DNA from: Psammoneis japonica
Lineage: Eukaryota
DNA length: 64,000 nucleotides
Direction: 5' to 3'
Assembly: GCA_008632985.1 (NCBI GenBank)
Contig: QPGO01000152.1
Coordinates: 124,001-188,000, forward strand
The first letter of the stretch is position 1. Each line of letters starts with the position of its first letter. Below the pieces are notes generated by a model. That model was not told where the DNA came from and did not search any database. It saw only the letters and a list, made by a program, of their open reading frames with translations. Positions 60,460-64,000 of the stretch are shown here, piece by piece. A program made the translations under genes and the position numbers.

Positions 60460-63400
60460 ATGAGCGACATTGAAGTTGAAAAAGCCGTTTCGACCGAGGA
60501 GGGTGCCATGAATGGCTCCACCTCCTTGTTGGTGGAGGTCACGGATCTCGACGCCTTTCAAGGAGACACGCTAGAAGCAAAGATTGACAGTTTCATCGAT
60601 GCTCATGGGATTGCCATGATTGCCAAGACGCACTGTCCCTTTTGTCTCGATGCCAAGGAGTTTCTGGCGGAGACTATGGGAGCCCGTGTGCACGTGATTT
60701 CCATCGATACGCATCCTGAAGGCGGCGAGATCTTTAAGATTGTCAAGGACAAGACCAAGCACGCGACTGTGCCCGTCATTTTTATTAAGGGAAGGTTTGT
60801 TGGAGGCTGTGACGATATCAAGGCTCTTGACGCCAAGGACGAACTCGAAGACATGATTGGTGACCTTGTCGAGCATCCCAAGACGATTGGTACGGACACT
60901 CTCGAAACGGCCAAGCTTACTCCCAAAAGCCGCGGAACGGCTCGGAATCCTCCTTTCTGGTTTCCGAACGTTGTCAACAATGTAAGTACGAGCTTGGAGT
61001 GCTCTATACTGTGCTGGCAAAGTCGTATCGCTGGTACTCACGCACGTTATGTTTCTCCTCTTTTCAGTACGTTGTGAGGCTCACTGGTCTTCAAGTGTTT
61101 GGACTTTGCATTGTGAGCATGGTTTTCTACAAGGAGACCTGGGCACAATACCTTGCTCCGGGCTTGCTTGTGGACTTTTGTCTACGCATGGTGGCTGGAT
61201 CGTCGGTGTCGCCCTTGGGTATGATTGCAACCGTCGCTTCGGCACCCTTTCGCCCACAGTTTCGGCCAGGACCTCCCAAGCAATTTGCGGCGCTCTGCGG
61301 AGTATCCTTTACGCTCTTGGCTACCATTTTTTACTTTGTCGACTTTGACGGTCGCGACATTGTCGCGGTTGTCATTCTTGGAATGTTGGCGGTTGCAGCT
61401 GGACTCGAGGCTTTCTTGTAAGTATTGAATGATTGATTGTGGTGTGGCTTTGTTTGGACTGCAGCTCACATAATTTTCGCTGCCGACTTTTTGGTTCTAC
61501 CTACAGTGACTTTTGTTTGGGCTGTCTCTTCTTTAGCTATGGCATTCGGTTTGGGATATTTCCTGATAGTGTCTATCGTATTTACACGTCCTCCAAGCAA
61601 GAAGTCGAGGACAGCTGGGACTATATGTTTCAAGACTCTGGCGCTCCAAAGCCTGAAAAGGTGGATACCGATCCCACGAGCCCCGTTGCTCTCAAGTACA
61701 AGAAGAAGCTCGACGAATGGACCAAGGATGACTTTCACTTGGTTCGAAACATGTCGGTTGGGTATTTTGCAATGCCGCTTGCCATTTTTGGACTCGCCAC
61801 TGCCTTCAAGATTGGTTCAGAGTGGAATGAAGGCCTTCGTCAGCTTCAAAAGGAGAGCACTTCAACCTTTCAGGAGGTACCCGTTGCATGGTTTCAGACC
61901 TTCTCGGTAATTGGAGCTGTCGTGTTCATTATCTTCTTGGTCTTGTACTGCATCCGCTTGTTTCAGTATCCCCACAAGTGTCAAACGGAATGGGAGTAAG
62001 TCAGGACAATCAAGCTGATCTCGTGTTCATTTGTGCCTGATACTCACACTGTCCACACTGTTCTTGTCGTTGTTAGTTGTCCTCTCCGTTCTCCGAGCTT
62101 TGGAGCAATCACTATTTGTTTCATGTTAGGCGCTTTCTTGGTGTACGACCAAATCAACGAAGATAACAACAACACGTCGACGTTTGCTCGTATTATTTTC
62201 TGGATGGGGGCTGTCGCGCAAGTCCTTTTGACCATTTCCAAGATGGGAGAGTGGATTGGGACTCGCCTTGAGCTTGAACACGTTCACCCTCATTGGATGA
62301 TTCTTCCTGTTGGACTGTCCGTTGCAGCCCTGTGTGCTCCCATCATTCCCATGTTTGAGCAAGAGGAAGGCAACGAGGATAACCATGCGGAAGCCAACAT
62401 TCTTGTTGGACGTTTCTTCTTTTCGTTTGCCTTTCTCATGTGGATCACGCTTTTCGTCATTACGTTCTTCAAGGTGGCTACTACGCACAACTCTGACAAC
62501 CGTATTCGTCACGGTGTTTTTATTTGGCTGGCGGCACCATGCATCATTGGTTTGGCGCAGGCCTCCATTTGCCTGTTGGAGGCTGAACAGGGGTTGAGGC
62601 CAGCTCAAGAATGCAGCAATGAATTCTCGAACTATTACTTTATTGGAATGTTCTTCTTCCTTTCCTTCCTATGGGCGACTTTTCCGTACATTGGATTCTT
62701 TGGCAGGGACAAGTTCGGCATGGGATACTGGATTGAGTGCTTTGCATTTGACACTCTCGCAGCATGTTCTGCATTCTTTTACGCACTCAATGGATTCAAC
62801 GCAAGCAAGACGCTCATGTACATTGGTCTTGTTGTGGCGTCAATTGCCAACATGGTGGCTTTGTGCCACACGATTGTCGCGATTATTCGTGGTCGTGGTG
62901 TATTTACTCCGGAAGTCAAGTGGGGACCTTTGTCCTTCATGAAGCTTACCCACGAAGCGTTCCGTGGCAACATTGACAGACTTCGCACCCTTATTGACGC
63001 CGTGGATCTAAACGACAAGTCATCGCAAGGGGAAGCCAACCTTGGGTTATTTGCTGCCTACTTCAATCGTTTCTGCATTGTTCACCATGAACACGCGAAA
63101 CACGAAGATGAAGTGATCTTCAAGACCTTCAACGACTTCTTTAGTGGCCACACCAAGTTCTATAACGACGACCACGCGGCGGATCATATCAAGATGGAGG
63201 GCTGGCGCGAATCTTGCAACATGCTCTTGGATACGAATATGAGCAATGACGTTCGTCAAGAGGCACTTGATTCCCTCAAAGCGGAACTCAACCCGTTCTT
63301 TGACCACTTTGAAGAACATCTCAGGGGCGAGGAAGCCAACCTCCAACCAATTGGAAGGAAGTACATTCCGCTTGAGCTCCAGAAGCAGATTTCACGTGAA

Positions 63401-63723
63401 GTGTTCCTCATTACGAGCGCTGAAAATTGGGAGGTCATTATTCCTTATGTAGTGAACAATGTTCCGCGCCACTTGCAACGAGTGCGCTATCTCAAGGTCC
63501 TCCTTTGGGCGATGCCTGAGCGTGCCCAGCAGATTGGTGCAATCGTCTATCGTAACTCCGATTCAGTTACCTGGGGTACGTGGCCACCTCTGAAAAGAAT
63601 TCAATGCTTTCAACTTGAGGATCTTACCAACTGCTTTACTTTTTATCTCTTGCAGAACGTCTCAAGGTTGATGTTCCTGAAATGATTCCTCGTGCGGCTC
63701 CAGGTTGGAGGAGGTACTATTAG
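60460..63723 (+). CDS. Fusion protein: glutaredoxin, DUF4395-like membrane domain, SLAC1/TDT anion-channel domain, hemerythrin (HHE) domain
   Basis: CPFC, TVP, FVGGCDD; NNYVVR..SPLG..PPKQFA..LEAF|FDFCLGC; YFAMPLAIFGLA, HPHWMILPVG, FIWLAAP, YWIECF; HEAFR, HAKHEDEVIF, HLRGEE; frame-preserving introns 60982-61067, 61418-61506, 61996-62076 and 63576-63655. Confidence 0.85.
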
Positions 63724-64000
63724 GTTGGATGCTTAAAAGTTTGCCCTTGCACAATTCATGTACCCGTAGGAGTACGCATGAAAAGGAGCAATGGAAGCAC
63801 CGCTTCCGTACTTCTTGTACCTCCTTGTACAAAGGATTGCGCGGATGCTTTCTGTATATATCTGTTAGGTTCAGTTTCCCTTATATTAGTTTTTGTACCA
63901 ATCCTCTCTAATGAACCTTGCGATTTCAATGATTTGGCCCAAGTTTGCTTCCCCCTCGTGTGTCTTCATGTGTGCAACATGTGACCTTTCATCACGGTAT

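Overview
Eukaryotic genomic DNA, most likely from a diatom (inferred from short GT-AG introns, a bipartite 'SSA-F' plastid-targeting presequence and diatom-type Gypsy/Copia elements). Two sharply bounded sequence types alternate. (1) Gene blocks with normal TpA and CpG (~18.4-35.1, 45.2-50.9 and 52.3-64 kb) encode a PDK/BCKDK-like kinase, a DYRK-type kinase, a GT64 glycosyltransferase, an MFSD5 transporter, eIF3d, an NPPY-motif methyltransferase-like protein, NTE/PNPLA6, a plastid-targeted thioredoxin reductase lacking NADPH motifs, PAN2, and a glutaredoxin-DUF4395-SLAC1/TDT-hemerythrin fusion. (2) Transposon-derived blocks (~1-18.3, 35.2-45.2 and 50.9-52.25 kb) in which both TpA and CpG have been converted to TpG/CpA. 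The top candidate for an undescribed system is this repeat-restricted TpA->TpG/CpA (A:T->G:C) hypermutation, which runs opposite to fungal RIP. Support comes from two hand-aligned LTR pairs, a 42-bp tandem array and systematic Tyr->His/Cys changes in conserved retroelement motifs. All protein calls rest on motif recognition by eye; no database search was run.
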